Below are positions 52,223-61,579 of a stretch of 64,000 nucleotides of DNA, one piece after another (position 1 is the first letter of the stretch; each line of letters starts with the position of its first letter). The DNA lies in contig JAQCEY010000007.1 of the NCBI GenBank assembly GCA_027620075.1, forward strand, positions 43,764 to 107,763, given 5' to 3'. The translations under genes were made by a program, and so were the position numbers. The stretch comes from Pseudomonadota bacterium (GTDB lineage: Bacteria > Pseudomonadota > Alphaproteobacteria > Rickettsiales > UBA6187). The notes beneath the pieces were generated by a model. It was given only the letters and a program-made list of their open reading frames with translations. It was not told the DNA's origin and searched no databases.

Positions 52223-54433
52223 ATGAGCCAGAATATAATAAACGACATAACAGAACTAAATCCTGTAGCGGTAGACAAAGTTATCACTCCTACCAGTGCA
52301 GAGGAAATAGCTAATGCTGTAAAATCAGCATTAGGGTCTGTTTCCATTGGTGGAGGCAGGTTTAGCATGGGTGGGCAGACGGCTTATGAGAACAGCCTTC
52401 ATATTGACATGCGTCAGTTTAATAAGATTGTAGATTTCTCTACTTCAGATAAAACAATACGTGTACAAACAGGAATTACCTGGCGAGAGATACAAGAGCA
52501 TATCGATAAGCACGACTTATCCGTGAAAATCATGCAAACCTACGCTAATTTTACAGTAGGTGGATCACTTAGCGTTAATGTGCATGGGCGTTATATTGGT
52601 CTTGGCCCACTAATACTTTCAGTAAAATCAATTGCTATGATTCTTGCTGATGGCTCTCTAGTGGAAACTACCCCAGAAGCCAATAAAGAGCTGTTTTATG
52701 CTGCCATCGGCGGATATGGAGGGCTTGGAATAATTGTAGAAGCAACTTTAGAGCTAGAAGACAATATTAAAGTTGAACGTTCATCTGTAAGAATGCCGCG
52801 TAAAGATTATTTGGAATATTTCAAAGCAAATATACGTAAAGATACAAATGTAGCATTTCATAATGGTGACATCTACCCTCCCCACTACAATCGAGTAAAT
52901 GCAGTTACCTGGTCAAAAACAGAAAACGACGTTACTGTTAAACAGAGATTGCAGCCTGTTGGCAAAAATTACCCTTTGCATAGATACTTCTTTTGGGCAT
53001 TTACAGAAACACCTTTTGGAAAATGGCGTAGAGAACACATCATTGACCCAATTATATTTTCTCCTAAAAACGTGCATTGGAGGAATTATGAGGCAAGCTA
53101 TGACGTTGCCGAACTACAGCCTATTTCAAGTAAATCAGGTACTTTTGTGCTGCAAGAGTATTTTGCCCCAATAGATAAGTTTAATGAGTTTGTTGATAAG
53201 GCTTCTGAGATACTGCAAAGACATGATGTGAATGTTGTGAATATTTCTATCCGCCATGCAAAACAGGATTCGGGAGCATATTTAGCTTGGGCAAGAGAAG
53301 AGTCGTTTGCATTTGTGCTATATTACAAACAACGAACAGGTGCTCATGATAAAAATAAAGTTGCTGTATGGACACGAGAACTGGTAGATGCTGCAATATC
53401 TTGTAACGGCGCTCATTACCTTCCATACCAGCCGCATGCCACAGTAGAACTGTTCCATAAAGCTTACCCCAAAGCATCAGATTTCTTTGTGTTAAAGGAT
53501 AAATATGATCCTGATTTTAAATTTAGAAATTCTCTCTGGAATAAATATTATAAGCCAGAGCCTGAAGCTGATGTAATGCAAAGCCCATCAGAATTTATTG
53601 GTATTTGTTCAAATGATGTTTGGGCAGATAAGTTATACCGTTTTTTACAGGTTGTTTTTAACCTAAATCCTGAAGATAAATTTTTTACTTTAATAAAAGA
53701 AGCCTGCAGTAAATACTCTTCTGATGAGGAAATTTATAACCATATATTTAGCAACCTGAAAACTATAAAGCCAAAATCACAGCTAACTAAATATATTCTT
53801 CCTGCTATACGCACCCAAAAAGAAGAATTAACGAAACAAACACTGGAATTATTAGGCGATAGACAATCATTTGATGGTTATCTTGAAATGGGTTCCACAG
53901 GCTTTTATTTGAGTGAGCTACAAAAGCATTTGGATATTAAAGGTAATCAAACCATGATGGACTATATAGTTCCGTCTTATTCTCCAGCAGATATATTAAA
54001 GCGTGGACAGATAAGTAAGTTTGGCAAGTTTGTGGATTTGGATAACTATAACCCTATATCGGCTGAGAATGTACCAGATAACTCGTGTGATCTTGTTACC
54101 TGCTATATAGGTTTACATCATTGCCCACCTAAGAAACTGGATGCATTTATTGCCTCCATTGCACGAATCATGCGTAAAGACGGTTATTTTATCTTGCGCG
54201 ATCATGCAGTTGATTCTCCTGAAATGGATAGATTCGTTTCTCTTATTCACACAGTATTTAATGCTGGAACCGATGAAACATGGGAGACGAATAAACAAGA
54301 ATTACGCTTCTTCAACACGATAGAACACTGGAGCCAGTCAGTTCAAAAGCACGGCTTTGAGGATTTAGGAAAAAGAATTCTGCAGAAAAACGACCCATCA
54401 GATAACGTGCTAATGGCATTTAGGAGAGTTTAG
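52223..54433 (+). CDS. FAD-binding (PCMH/FAD_binding_4) oxidase fused to a C-terminal SAM-methyltransferase-like domain
   Basis: N-terminal VITPTSAEEIANAV...GGGRFSMGGQ...GGYGGLGIIVEATLEL. C-terminal LEMGSTG...DLVTCYIGLHHCPP...MRKDGYFILRDH. Confidence 0.65.
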   Translation: MSQNIINDITELNPVAVDKVITPTSAEEIANAVKSALGSVSIGGGRFSMGGQTAYENSLHIDMRQFNKIVDFSTSDKTIRVQTGITWREIQEHIDKHDLSVKIMQTYANFTVGGSLSVNVHGRYIGLGPLILSVKSIAMILADGSLVETTPEANKELFYAAIGGYGGLGIIVEATLELEDNIKVERSSVRMPRKDYLEYFKANIRKDTNVAFHNGDIYPPHYNRVNAVTWSKTENDVTVKQRLQPVGKNYPLHRYFFWAFTETPFGKWRREHIIDPIIFSPKNVHWRNYEASYDVAELQPISSKSGTFVLQEYFAPIDKFNEFVDKASEILQRHDVNVVNISIRHAKQDSGAYLAWAREESFAFVLYYKQRTGAHDKNKVAVWTRELVDAAISCNGAHYLPYQPHATVELFHKAYPKASDFFVLKDKYDPDFKFRNSLWNKYYKPEPEADVMQSPSEFIGICSNDVWADKLYRFLQVVFNLNPEDKFFTLIKEACSKYSSDEEIYNHIFSNLKTIKPKSQLTKYILPAIRTQKEELTKQTLELLGDRQSFDGYLEMGSTGFYLSELQKHLDIKGNQTMMDYIVPSYSPADILKRGQISKFGKFVDLDNYNPISAENVPDNSCDLVTCYIGLHHCPPKKLDAFIASIARIMRKDGYFILRDHAVDSPEMDRFVSLIHTVFNAGTDETWETNKQELRFFNTIEHWSQSVQKHGFEDLGKRILQKNDPSDNVLMAFRRV

Positions 54434-54434
54434 T

Positions 54435-55058
54435 ATGGAAAACAATATAATTATAAAGCCAGGAAGCTCGTCTTTTAGTAGTGCAGCTGCAAAATTAATT
54501 TATGAAAGCAGCCATGAACTACTAAACTTTATGTTTAAAGATCAAGAAACTGCTGAAAAAGTGCTGGCCAAGCTATATAGGAAAAATAAAGGGCATTTTA
54601 GCAATGTATTTTCTACTGTTGTTGAAATGGAAGGCGAAATAGTCGGGCTAGAACTTGGATATGATAAAGGTCAATTAGCTAAACAGGATCTCATAGGTAG
54701 TATTTCACTCTTACTAAACAGTCCATTTTCAATTTGGTGGCATTTAATTGCTAAAACAGGTCGTATAATTGATGGCTATGTACCAAAGCCAAGCGATCGA
54801 ATATATTACATAAATAATATCGCTGTTTCTGATAGATGCAGAGGAAAAGGCGTTGGAAAGAAGTTGTTGGAATATACTATCGAAAAAGCCAAAAATAATG
54901 GCTATAGCGCGGTTGAACTTGATGTAACTTCAGTGAATGAAAATGCTATAGGCTTTTATAAAAAGCATGGTTTTGTAGAAGTTTCAAAGTCTGGAAGCCA
55001 GGAACTTATGACAAAATACGGACTACCGCCATTGATAAGAATGGTACATAAATTGTAG
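54435..55058 (+). CDS. GNAT family N-acetyltransferase
   Basis: VSDRCRGKGVGKKLL motif. Confidence 0.8.
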   Translation: MENNIIIKPGSSSFSSAAAKLIYESSHELLNFMFKDQETAEKVLAKLYRKNKGHFSNVFSTVVEMEGEIVGLELGYDKGQLAKQDLIGSISLLLNSPFSIWWHLIAKTGRIIDGYVPKPSDRIYYINNIAVSDRCRGKGVGKKLLEYTIEKAKNNGYSAVELDVTSVNENAIGFYKKHGFVEVSKSGSQELMTKYGLPPLIRMVHKL

Positions 55059-55065
55059 GCGCAAA

Positions 55066-56268
55066 ATGAGAAACATCTTACTAATTACGACCTTTATATT
55101 CCTCACCGCATTTTATCCAATAGATAAACTTGGTGGTAATTTTAATGGTACACCGAAGCAAATGAAAGGTAACTTAAGCTCGGGTGCCATGGAGCTTATT
55201 AGAAAGGCCTATGCAGATGTCGATTCAAGTAAATTAGTTGATTATCATACACACATCGTCGGGATTGATGAAACGCAAGGAACATCTGTAAATACTAAAA
55301 TGCTTTCCTGGTGGCACCCGATACACCGTATTAAAACATCAATATATCTTAGCGGGTCAGGAGTAAAAGATTTAGAAAAAGCCAATGAACAATATATTGA
55401 AAGGCTTGTGAAGCTTATAAGATCAAATCCACATCATGGTAAGCACCAGATTCTAGCCTTTGACCATCACTATAATCCAGATGGTACTATCAACCATGAG
55501 AAAAGCGAGTTCTATGTTTCTAATGAACATATATGGAAGCTATCGCAAAAATATCCGGATATTTTCATACCGGTAATATCAGTTCATCCGTATCGCAAAG
55601 ATGCGATTGCAGAGCTTATCAAATGGGCAGAAAAAGGTGTTCGCTGGGTAAAGTGGCTACCTAATGCACATGGTATTGATGCTTCTAATCCAAGGCTGGA
55701 TGAATATTACCAGACTATGAAGAAGTATAATATAACATTACTAACTCACGTTGGCGAGGAGCAAGCAGTTGAGGCAGAAGAAGATCAAAAGCTTGGCAAT
55801 CCTCTTTCATTTAGAAAGCCTCTTGATATGGGTGTTAAAGTTGTCATGGCGCATTGCGCAAGCCTTGGTGAAAATGAGGATTTGGATAATCCAGGGAAAA
55901 AGGCTTCAAGTTTTGATTTATTCATGCGCCTAATGGATAATCCTAAATATGACGGACTGCTTTATGGCGAAATATCAGCCATGACCCAATTCAACCGTTT
56001 GCCAAAACCATTATTAACCCTGCTTGAACGTACCGACCTACATCATCGTCTTATCAATGGTAGTGACTATCCACTTCCTGCTATCAACGTCGTTATCCAT
56101 ACCAGGTCTTTGGTTAGGTATGAGATGATAACTAAACAAGAGCGAGAGTATTTAAATGAAATTTATAAATACAATCCTTTGGTCTTTGACTACGTGCTAA
56201 AGCGCACAATCCGTCACCCAAAATTAGGAACCGGTTTTAATAAGGCTGTGTTTGAGACTATACGATAG
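55066..56268 (+). CDS. secreted or periplasmic metal-dependent amidohydrolase-fold protein
   Basis: Hydrophobic N-terminus, DYHTHIVG metal-binding motif, later HVGEE and AHC. Confidence 0.6.
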   Translation: MRNILLITTFIFLTAFYPIDKLGGNFNGTPKQMKGNLSSGAMELIRKAYADVDSSKLVDYHTHIVGIDETQGTSVNTKMLSWWHPIHRIKTSIYLSGSGVKDLEKANEQYIERLVKLIRSNPHHGKHQILAFDHHYNPDGTINHEKSEFYVSNEHIWKLSQKYPDIFIPVISVHPYRKDAIAELIKWAEKGVRWVKWLPNAHGIDASNPRLDEYYQTMKKYNITLLTHVGEEQAVEAEEDQKLGNPLSFRKPLDMGVKVVMAHCASLGENEDLDNPGKKASSFDLFMRLMDNPKYDGLLYGEISAMTQFNRLPKPLLTLLERTDLHHRLINGSDYPLPAINVVIHTRSLVRYEMITKQEREYLNEIYKYNPLVFDYVLKRTIRHPKLGTGFNKAVFETIR

Positions 56269-56283
56269 TCTTTTATTTTTTAT
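56255..56283 (+). terminator. candidate intrinsic terminator
   Basis: agactat-acg-atagtct is a 7-bp stem overlapping the stop codon, followed by ttttattttttat. The stem is AT-rich and therefore weak. Confidence 0.4.
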
Positions 56284-56310
56284 ACTCCTAAAACTTCCTT
56301 GTATTTCCCA

Positions 56311-56344
56311 TTGACACCTTAATTACATTTGTATACACATGTAA
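56311..56344 (+). promoter_or_regulatory. candidate promoter (TTGACA) overlapping a 22-bp palindromic operator
   Basis: TTGACA at 56311-16. TTACATTTGTATACACATGTAA (56323-44) is palindromic except for one symmetric pair. It lies 50 nt upstream of the RHH-like gene. Confidence 0.45.
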
Positions 56345-56394
56345 TCAGCGGTTCATTTAGAACCATAGTAAATAAACATATAGGAGTCAAAAAT

Positions 56395-56904
56395 ATGACA
56401 TGTCAGGCAATACCATTTAGTGTTCGTCTGCCGCAGGAAGATGCGGAGTTTATTGCAAATATGGAAATTAAAGGAGCTAAAACTCCAAGCGATAAGATAC
56501 GGGCAATTATAGCAAAGGCTCGTGAAGAAGAAAAAGAAGACAAGGATTATAAGAATATTTTACGTAAAGCGCAGGAAATGTTTATTCCAGCACTTGATAA
56601 ATTGCGTGAAGAAGAGTTGAAGAAAGGCGAGCATTCGGAATTGACTGGAATAGTTTCTGAATGTCTCGTCGAAACATGTGCTTTCTTTATTTCTGCTTTG
56701 TCAGAAAATAAAAAGGGTACTAATTTAAATAACCTGGAAAAAGGAGTGGCCGATAGAATTTTCACTCTTTTTGAAAGGGTTATGCGCATGGGCGTAACAG
56801 CCCAGGCACCTTGTTATAACAAGGTGATTATTAAAGAGCATCTAGCTCCTGTGTTGGAGTTAGCTGGTATTATTGTTAACCAAAAAGTTTTAGAGGAGGC
56901 CTAA
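56395..56904 (+). CDS. putative ribbon-helix-helix (CopG/Arc-like) protein with a helical C-terminal domain
   Basis: N-terminal IPFSVRLPQEDAEFIANM resembles an RHH beta-strand plus helix. TAGGAG RBS 8 nt upstream of the ATG at 56395 (track start 56329 unlikely). Confidence 0.45.
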   Translation: MTCQAIPFSVRLPQEDAEFIANMEIKGAKTPSDKIRAIIAKAREEEKEDKDYKNILRKAQEMFIPALDKLREEELKKGEHSELTGIVSECLVETCAFFISALSENKKGTNLNNLEKGVADRIFTLFERVMRMGVTAQAPCYNKVIIKEHLAPVLELAGIIVNQKVLEEA

Positions 56905-56906
56905 AT

Positions 56907-57608
56907 ATGGCAGAGTCAATTATTAATAGAGTAGGAAGAATTATCAGTGGAAGCGCGAATGCGCTGGTTGATGCGGTAGAAAACGCAAGCCCATCTATGA
57001 TTATGGAGCAGGCAGTTAGAGAGATCGATCAGGCGATCGATGATGTACGTGCAGAGCTTGGAAAAGTTATTGCAGGCAAACATCTTGCGAACAAAAGACT
57101 TTCTGAGAAAAACACAGCTCACGAAGAGTTTGCAAGCAAAATTGAACTTGCGGTAAGTGAAGGCAGAGATGATTTAGCAGAAGCTGCGATTAGTGCCCAA
57201 CTTGATATTGAAGCTCAGATTCCGGTATTAGAGCATTCTATTTCATCAGCGGGCGAAAAGGAAGTTGAGCTTGAAGGGTTTATATCTGCTCTACAGGCTA
57301 AGAAGCGTGAAATGAAAGAAGAGCTTAAATTACTTCGTGAGGCTAAAGATGAAGCGGAATCTTCTGGCGGAGCTGCTAGTGACTCTACTGGCACGACTAA
57401 AAATGATGTAAATAAGTCAATTGATAATGCTACATCGGCTTTCGATAGGGTGCTTGAAAAACAAACTGGTTTATCTGGTGTTGGCGGTGCTAGCAATGAA
57501 AATGCTGCAAAGTTGCAGGAGTTAGAGCAATTCACTCGCGATAACAGGGTTAAAGAGCGCTTGGCTGCGATAAAATCAAAAACCCAAAACAGTAAAAAAG
57601 CCTCTTAA
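56907..57608 (+). CDS. pspA: PspA/IM30 family protein
   Basis: IINRVGRIISGSANALVDAVENASPSMIMEQAVREIDQAIDDVRAELGKVIAG is a typical PspA N-terminal coiled coil. Confidence 0.85.
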   Translation: MAESIINRVGRIISGSANALVDAVENASPSMIMEQAVREIDQAIDDVRAELGKVIAGKHLANKRLSEKNTAHEEFASKIELAVSEGRDDLAEAAISAQLDIEAQIPVLEHSISSAGEKEVELEGFISALQAKKREMKEELKLLREAKDEAESSGGAASDSTGTTKNDVNKSIDNATSAFDRVLEKQTGLSGVGGASNENAAKLQELEQFTRDNRVKERLAAIKSKTQNSKKAS

Positions 57609-57623
57609 ATTGGGAACTAATTT

Positions 57624-57749
57624 ATGGCAGAATTGATTATAATAGCTATTCTTGCGTTTATAATTTTTATAGTTTGCAAATATGGTGACCGCACTATTGA
57701 TATCGATATGTCATCAAGTGGTGATTTTCTTGATGGCAGTGATGATTGA
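57624..57749 (+). CDS. unlisted small membrane protein (41 aa)
   Basis: My translation: MAELIIIAILAFIIFIVCKYGDRTIDIDMSSSGDFLDGSDD. One TM plus an acidic tail. It fills the gap between pspA and the yqiJ-like gene. Confidence 0.4.
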   Translation: MAELIIIAILAFIIFIVCKYGDRTIDIDMSSSGDFLDGSDD

Positions 57750-57767
57750 TAATACTTGGAGTAAAAC

Positions 57768-58433
57768 ATGTTAGATTTTTTAGGCGCGTCTGAAAACTTA
57801 CCATTTACTGTAGCGCTAGCCGTTTTCGTTGTTATCGCCATTATGGAAGGTATTGGCACTTTGTTTGGTGCTGGCATTTCTAATGTTTTGGAAAGCCTAT
57901 TTCCAGATACTGATATAGCCTTTGATATCGAAGGCCCTGACATGGACTCGCCAACCGCACTTAGCCGAATTCTATCGTGGCTTAGAATAGGTCAGGTTCC
58001 GGTACTGGTATTAATGGTAATATTTCTTGTGTCATTTGGTCTTTATGGATTAGTGATGCAAAATTTCCTACTAGTATCGTTTGGGTTTATGGTGCCTGCT
58101 GTAATTGCATGGATACCTCCGTTGGCTCTGGCTCTTCCTACAATGCGCTGGTGCGGTGGTGGACTTGCCAAAATTATCCCCAAGGATGAAACATCAGCTG
58201 TATCTCATGATAGCTTCATTGGAAGAGTTGCAACTATTACGCTTGGCAAAGCAAGCAGCGGCAGCCCTGCACAAGGAAAATTAAAGGATACGCACGGCAA
58301 AACACACTATGTAATGCTTGAGCCTGATTTAGATGGCGAATCTTTTGAGCAAGGGACGGAAGTTTTGCTGGTAAAACGTGCCGGAGGGGTATTCTACGCA
58401 ATTGCCAATACTAATAGCAGTTTGGCGGCTTAA
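57768..58433 (+). CDS. yqiJ: YqiJ/NfeD-like inner membrane protein (DUF1449)
   Basis: MLDFLGASENLPFTVALAVFVVIAIMEG N-terminus, several TM segments, C-terminal OB-like GRVATITLGKA...GKLKD.HG..HYVM. Confidence 0.7.
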   Translation: MLDFLGASENLPFTVALAVFVVIAIMEGIGTLFGAGISNVLESLFPDTDIAFDIEGPDMDSPTALSRILSWLRIGQVPVLVLMVIFLVSFGLYGLVMQNFLLVSFGFMVPAVIAWIPPLALALPTMRWCGGGLAKIIPKDETSAVSHDSFIGRVATITLGKASSGSPAQGKLKDTHGKTHYVMLEPDLDGESFEQGTEVLLVKRAGGVFYAIANTNSSLAA

Positions 58434-58455
58434 TAATTAATAAAGGAGGTCGGCT

Positions 58456-58890
58456 ATGAGTGAAATAAATATAAAACCTAGCCACTGGAGTCAGAAAAAC
58501 AACAAAGATGTTTTAAACGCAATAACTTCTGTTTTTGCTCTCATAACATGCTCCGATGGTGAGCTTTCAGGGGATGAGGCAACATCTTTTCTTTATGAAG
58601 TAAATAAGTCTGGATTATCTACTGAGAAAGACAATAACGAACTGCTAAATGAATTATATAATATTCGCGATCTTCTGAAACAAGATTTTAAAAGCGGAAA
58701 GCAGTTTGCGATTAATCAGCTAAAGATTATCAAGTATGATAAAGAAGTAGTAAAAATAGCTCTTCAGTTTGCTCAAATAGCAATAATAGCCAATAAATCT
58801 ATAAAAATGAGCGAAGAATATATAATGAAAGAGATATGCGATATTCTGGAAGTAAACGCAGAAGAATATTGCCTTGCGGAAACAGCTTAA
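58456..58890 (+). CDS. TerB-like (tellurite-resistance TerB fold) protein
   Basis: AITSVFALITCSDGELSGDEATSFL fits the TerB pattern (ADG..s..E). Confidence 0.5.
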   Translation: MSEINIKPSHWSQKNNKDVLNAITSVFALITCSDGELSGDEATSFLYEVNKSGLSTEKDNNELLNELYNIRDLLKQDFKSGKQFAINQLKIIKYDKEVVKIALQFAQIAIIANKSIKMSEEYIMKEICDILEVNAEEYCLAETA

Positions 58891-58907
58891 TAATAAAGGA
58901 ACATATT

Positions 58908-59375
58908 ATGAAGATATTTCTGAATGTTACTTCGTGTTTGTTACTAACAATTTTCTTAGCATTTCCTTCATACGGCAATGATGATAAGTTAATAAGTGAC
59001 CTAATGCAGGTGGCCCGAGAACAGATTACTAGCGCTAAGTTACTCGATGGCTCATTTGTTCCTGCCGAAACTGAAGAAGAGAAAAAAACTCCTATTATTA
59101 AAATTGAAGACGCAAGAAGAATAGTGGGAGTTGGGCAGCAATCTGCTATTGCAGCATGGTGCAATGTAGAGTGGTATAAATCAAGTTTTACGAACTTAAT
59201 GCAGCATGAGCGTAGCAAAGAAATATGGTCGGATAAACAGTTGGCTTATATAGGGTTATTGCATGGAATAACTATGGGCATGACTGAGAAATCTGTAAAA
59301 CAGCGAGGAGAGTGTCCATCCAAGCAGGCATCTCATATTAATAATATAATTAGTAAAAGGCTTTTTAATAATTAA
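58908..59375 (+). CDS. secreted hypothetical protein
   Basis: Signal peptide MKIFLNVTSCLLLTIFLAFPSYG. AAGGA RBS. Track start 58836 is unlikely. Confidence 0.5.
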   Translation: MKIFLNVTSCLLLTIFLAFPSYGNDDKLISDLMQVAREQITSAKLLDGSFVPAETEEEKKTPIIKIEDARRIVGVGQQSAIAAWCNVEWYKSSFTNLMQHERSKEIWSDKQLAYIGLLHGITMGMTEKSVKQRGECPSKQASHINNIISKRLFNN

Positions 59376-59390
59376 AAGAAGGAACTAAAA

Positions 59391-61277
59391 ATGAACAATT
59401 ACAGTAATTACAATAACTATTCTTCAGGAGGAGACACTATGTCAGGATTTATCGATATCGCTGTTGTTGCGGGCGTTATAGTCGCGGCACTTATTACCAT
59501 CGGGCTTATTTTTGCCCGTCTATATACCAGAGCATCAAAAGAGATATCATTCGTAAGAACGGGTTTTGGTGGCGAAAAAGTAATTATGGATGGCGGAGCT
59601 ATTGTCCTTCCTGTATTGCACGAAATTATCTCTGTAAACATGAATACGCTACGTTTAGAAGTAAGGCGTCACAATGATCAAGCTCTTATTACTCGCGACC
59701 GTATGCGTGTTGACGTTGTTGCGGAATTTTATGTGCGCGTGCAACCAACTGCCAATGCTATTGCTAATGCAGCGCAGACCCTTGGTAACCGTACTTTACA
59801 TAGAGAAGAGTTAAAAGAGCTTATTGAAGGTAAGTTTGTTGATGCACTTCGTTCCGTTGCTGCAGAAATGAGCATGGAAGAATTGCATGAAAAAAGAACT
59901 GACTTCGTACAAAAAGTACAGCAGGCAGTTTCTGAAGATTTATTAAAGAACGGTCTTGAGCTTGAGGCTGTATCACTAACTGGCCTTGACCAGACTGGCA
60001 TGGAATTCTTTAATCCTAATAATGCATTCGATGCTGAAGGTTTAACTCGCCTTACTGAGGAAATTGAGCAACGCAAGAAAATCAGAAACGACATTGAACA
60101 AGATACTGCTGTTCAAATTAAAAACAAGAATCTGGAAGCTCAAAAATTAAGCCTTACAATTTCTCGTGATGAGGAATATGCAAAACTAGAGCAGCAACGT
60201 GAAATAGAAATACGTCGTGCTTCACAATTGGCCGAAATTGCTCGTGAACAAGCAGAAAAACAGCGTGATGCCGAGAAAGCACAAATTGTTGCTAAACAAC
60301 AGATTGAGCAATCAAGAATTACGTCTGAGCGCGCTGTAGAAGAAGAAAAAATCACCAAATTGCGCATAATTGAAACGCAGGAAATTGATAAGAAAAAGCA
60401 AGTTGAGCTAGCCGAGCAAGATAAAGCTATTGCTATTGCTGATAGATCAAAGGCTCAATCTGAAGCTAGAGCTGAAGCTGACAAAGCGCTTGCAATAGCG
60501 GTTCAGGCTGAAGAAAAAGTAATCACAGCTCGCCAAACGGAAACGGCGGAACGTGAGAAACAAATTGTTTTGATCGAAGCTGCTAAAAATGCAGAGCGTG
60601 ATGCGATTGGTATTAAAGTTGCAGCAGAAGCAGAGAAATTTGCCGCTAATGATAAGGCTGAGGCTCTAACTATTGAAGCAACAGCAGAAGCCGAAGCTGA
60701 GAAAGTACGCACCGCCGCAGCCAAAATTCGTTACCTTGTTGAGGCAGAAGGCAAAAACGCTATTAATGCTGCCGCTAATATTCTGTCTGATGAGCAAATC
60801 AATATGCAAATCAAACTGGAACTTATTAAAAACCTTGAAGCAATTATCCGTGAAAGCGTTAAACCAATGGAAAATATTGACGGCATTAAGATTATTCAGG
60901 TTGATGGTCTGACAGGTGGATCCGGTAATGCAGGAAGTGCTTCTGCAGCTAATAGTAACAATAGCGGCAATCTTGCCGATCAGGTTGTTAACAGTGCCCT
61001 TCGCTACCGCGCACAAGCTCCTCTTCTTGATTCATTAATGAAAGAAGTGGGTATAAGTGCTGGTGACATAAATGGCCTGACGGCTGTTCTGGATAAGGTT
61101 ATTGAGGATGCGGAGGAAAGCGGGAACACAAGTTCTTCTTCAGGGGGTAATTTTAAGCCCGATTTAGCTGGTAAGACGGAGATCTCTGCTAAAAAATCCG
61201 CTAACAATCCTTCCAGTAATACTACTGGTAAAAATCATGGAAAAACCTTTTTTGAAAATGATAAGAAGAGTGCTTAA
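59391..61277 (+). CDS. yqiK: flotillin / SPFH-domain protein (YqiK-like)
   Basis: N-terminal TM, SPFH core (FVRTGFGGEKVIMDGGAIVLPVLHEI...), long Ala/Glu-rich coiled coil (flotillin repeats). 628 aa. Confidence 0.85.
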   Translation: MNNYSNYNNYSSGGDTMSGFIDIAVVAGVIVAALITIGLIFARLYTRASKEISFVRTGFGGEKVIMDGGAIVLPVLHEIISVNMNTLRLEVRRHNDQALITRDRMRVDVVAEFYVRVQPTANAIANAAQTLGNRTLHREELKELIEGKFVDALRSVAAEMSMEELHEKRTDFVQKVQQAVSEDLLKNGLELEAVSLTGLDQTGMEFFNPNNAFDAEGLTRLTEEIEQRKKIRNDIEQDTAVQIKNKNLEAQKLSLTISRDEEYAKLEQQREIEIRRASQLAEIAREQAEKQRDAEKAQIVAKQQIEQSRITSERAVEEEKITKLRIIETQEIDKKKQVELAEQDKAIAIADRSKAQSEARAEADKALAIAVQAEEKVITARQTETAEREKQIVLIEAAKNAERDAIGIKVAAEAEKFAANDKAEALTIEATAEAEAEKVRTAAAKIRYLVEAEGKNAINAAANILSDEQINMQIKLELIKNLEAIIRESVKPMENIDGIKIIQVDGLTGGSGNAGSASAANSNNSGNLADQVVNSALRYRAQAPLLDSLMKEVGISAGDINGLTAVLDKVIEDAEESGNTSSSSGGNFKPDLAGKTEISAKKSANNPSSNTTGKNHGKTFFENDKKSA

Positions 61278-61303
61278 TTAAAACGACATAGGAGTAAATA
61301 ATT

Positions 61304-61579
61304 ATGGAAAAAGTAGAAGTTACATGGCCGTTGGCTATAAAAATTTGGTGGAGCTATACATGGAGAGTCTTCTTGCTTTCGTTTATTGCTGGCTTTGTAG
61401 CCGCAATTCCAATTGGATTTATTGGCGCACTTGTTAATATTCCTCAAGAAAAAACCCAGGTGATATCCGGAGTTATAGGTCTTATAATAGGGCTGTTTGC
61501 ACAAGCATATGTCATGAAAAAGCTATTGAATAAAAAGTATAAAAAATTCTCAATAGCGTTAATCCGTGAAGAAGCCTAA
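61304..61579 (+). CDS. small membrane protein, hypothetical
   Basis: 91 aa with 2-3 TM segments and an AGGAG RBS. Confidence 0.5.
   Translation: MEKVEVTWPLAIKIWWSYTWRVFLLSFIAGFVAAIPIGFIGALVNIPQEKTQVISGVIGLIIGLFAQAYVMKKLLNKKYKKFSIALIREEA

Noticed and set aside
59417-61207. Multiple minus-strand ORFs (59417..59641, 59729..60094, 60140..60367, 60503..60724, 60666..61016, 61004..61207) and 60673..60912 on the plus strand.
   Set aside because: They lie inside the flotillin gene. Its Ala/Glu/Lys-rich coiled-coil coding sequence (GCN/GAA repeats) naturally keeps other frames open.
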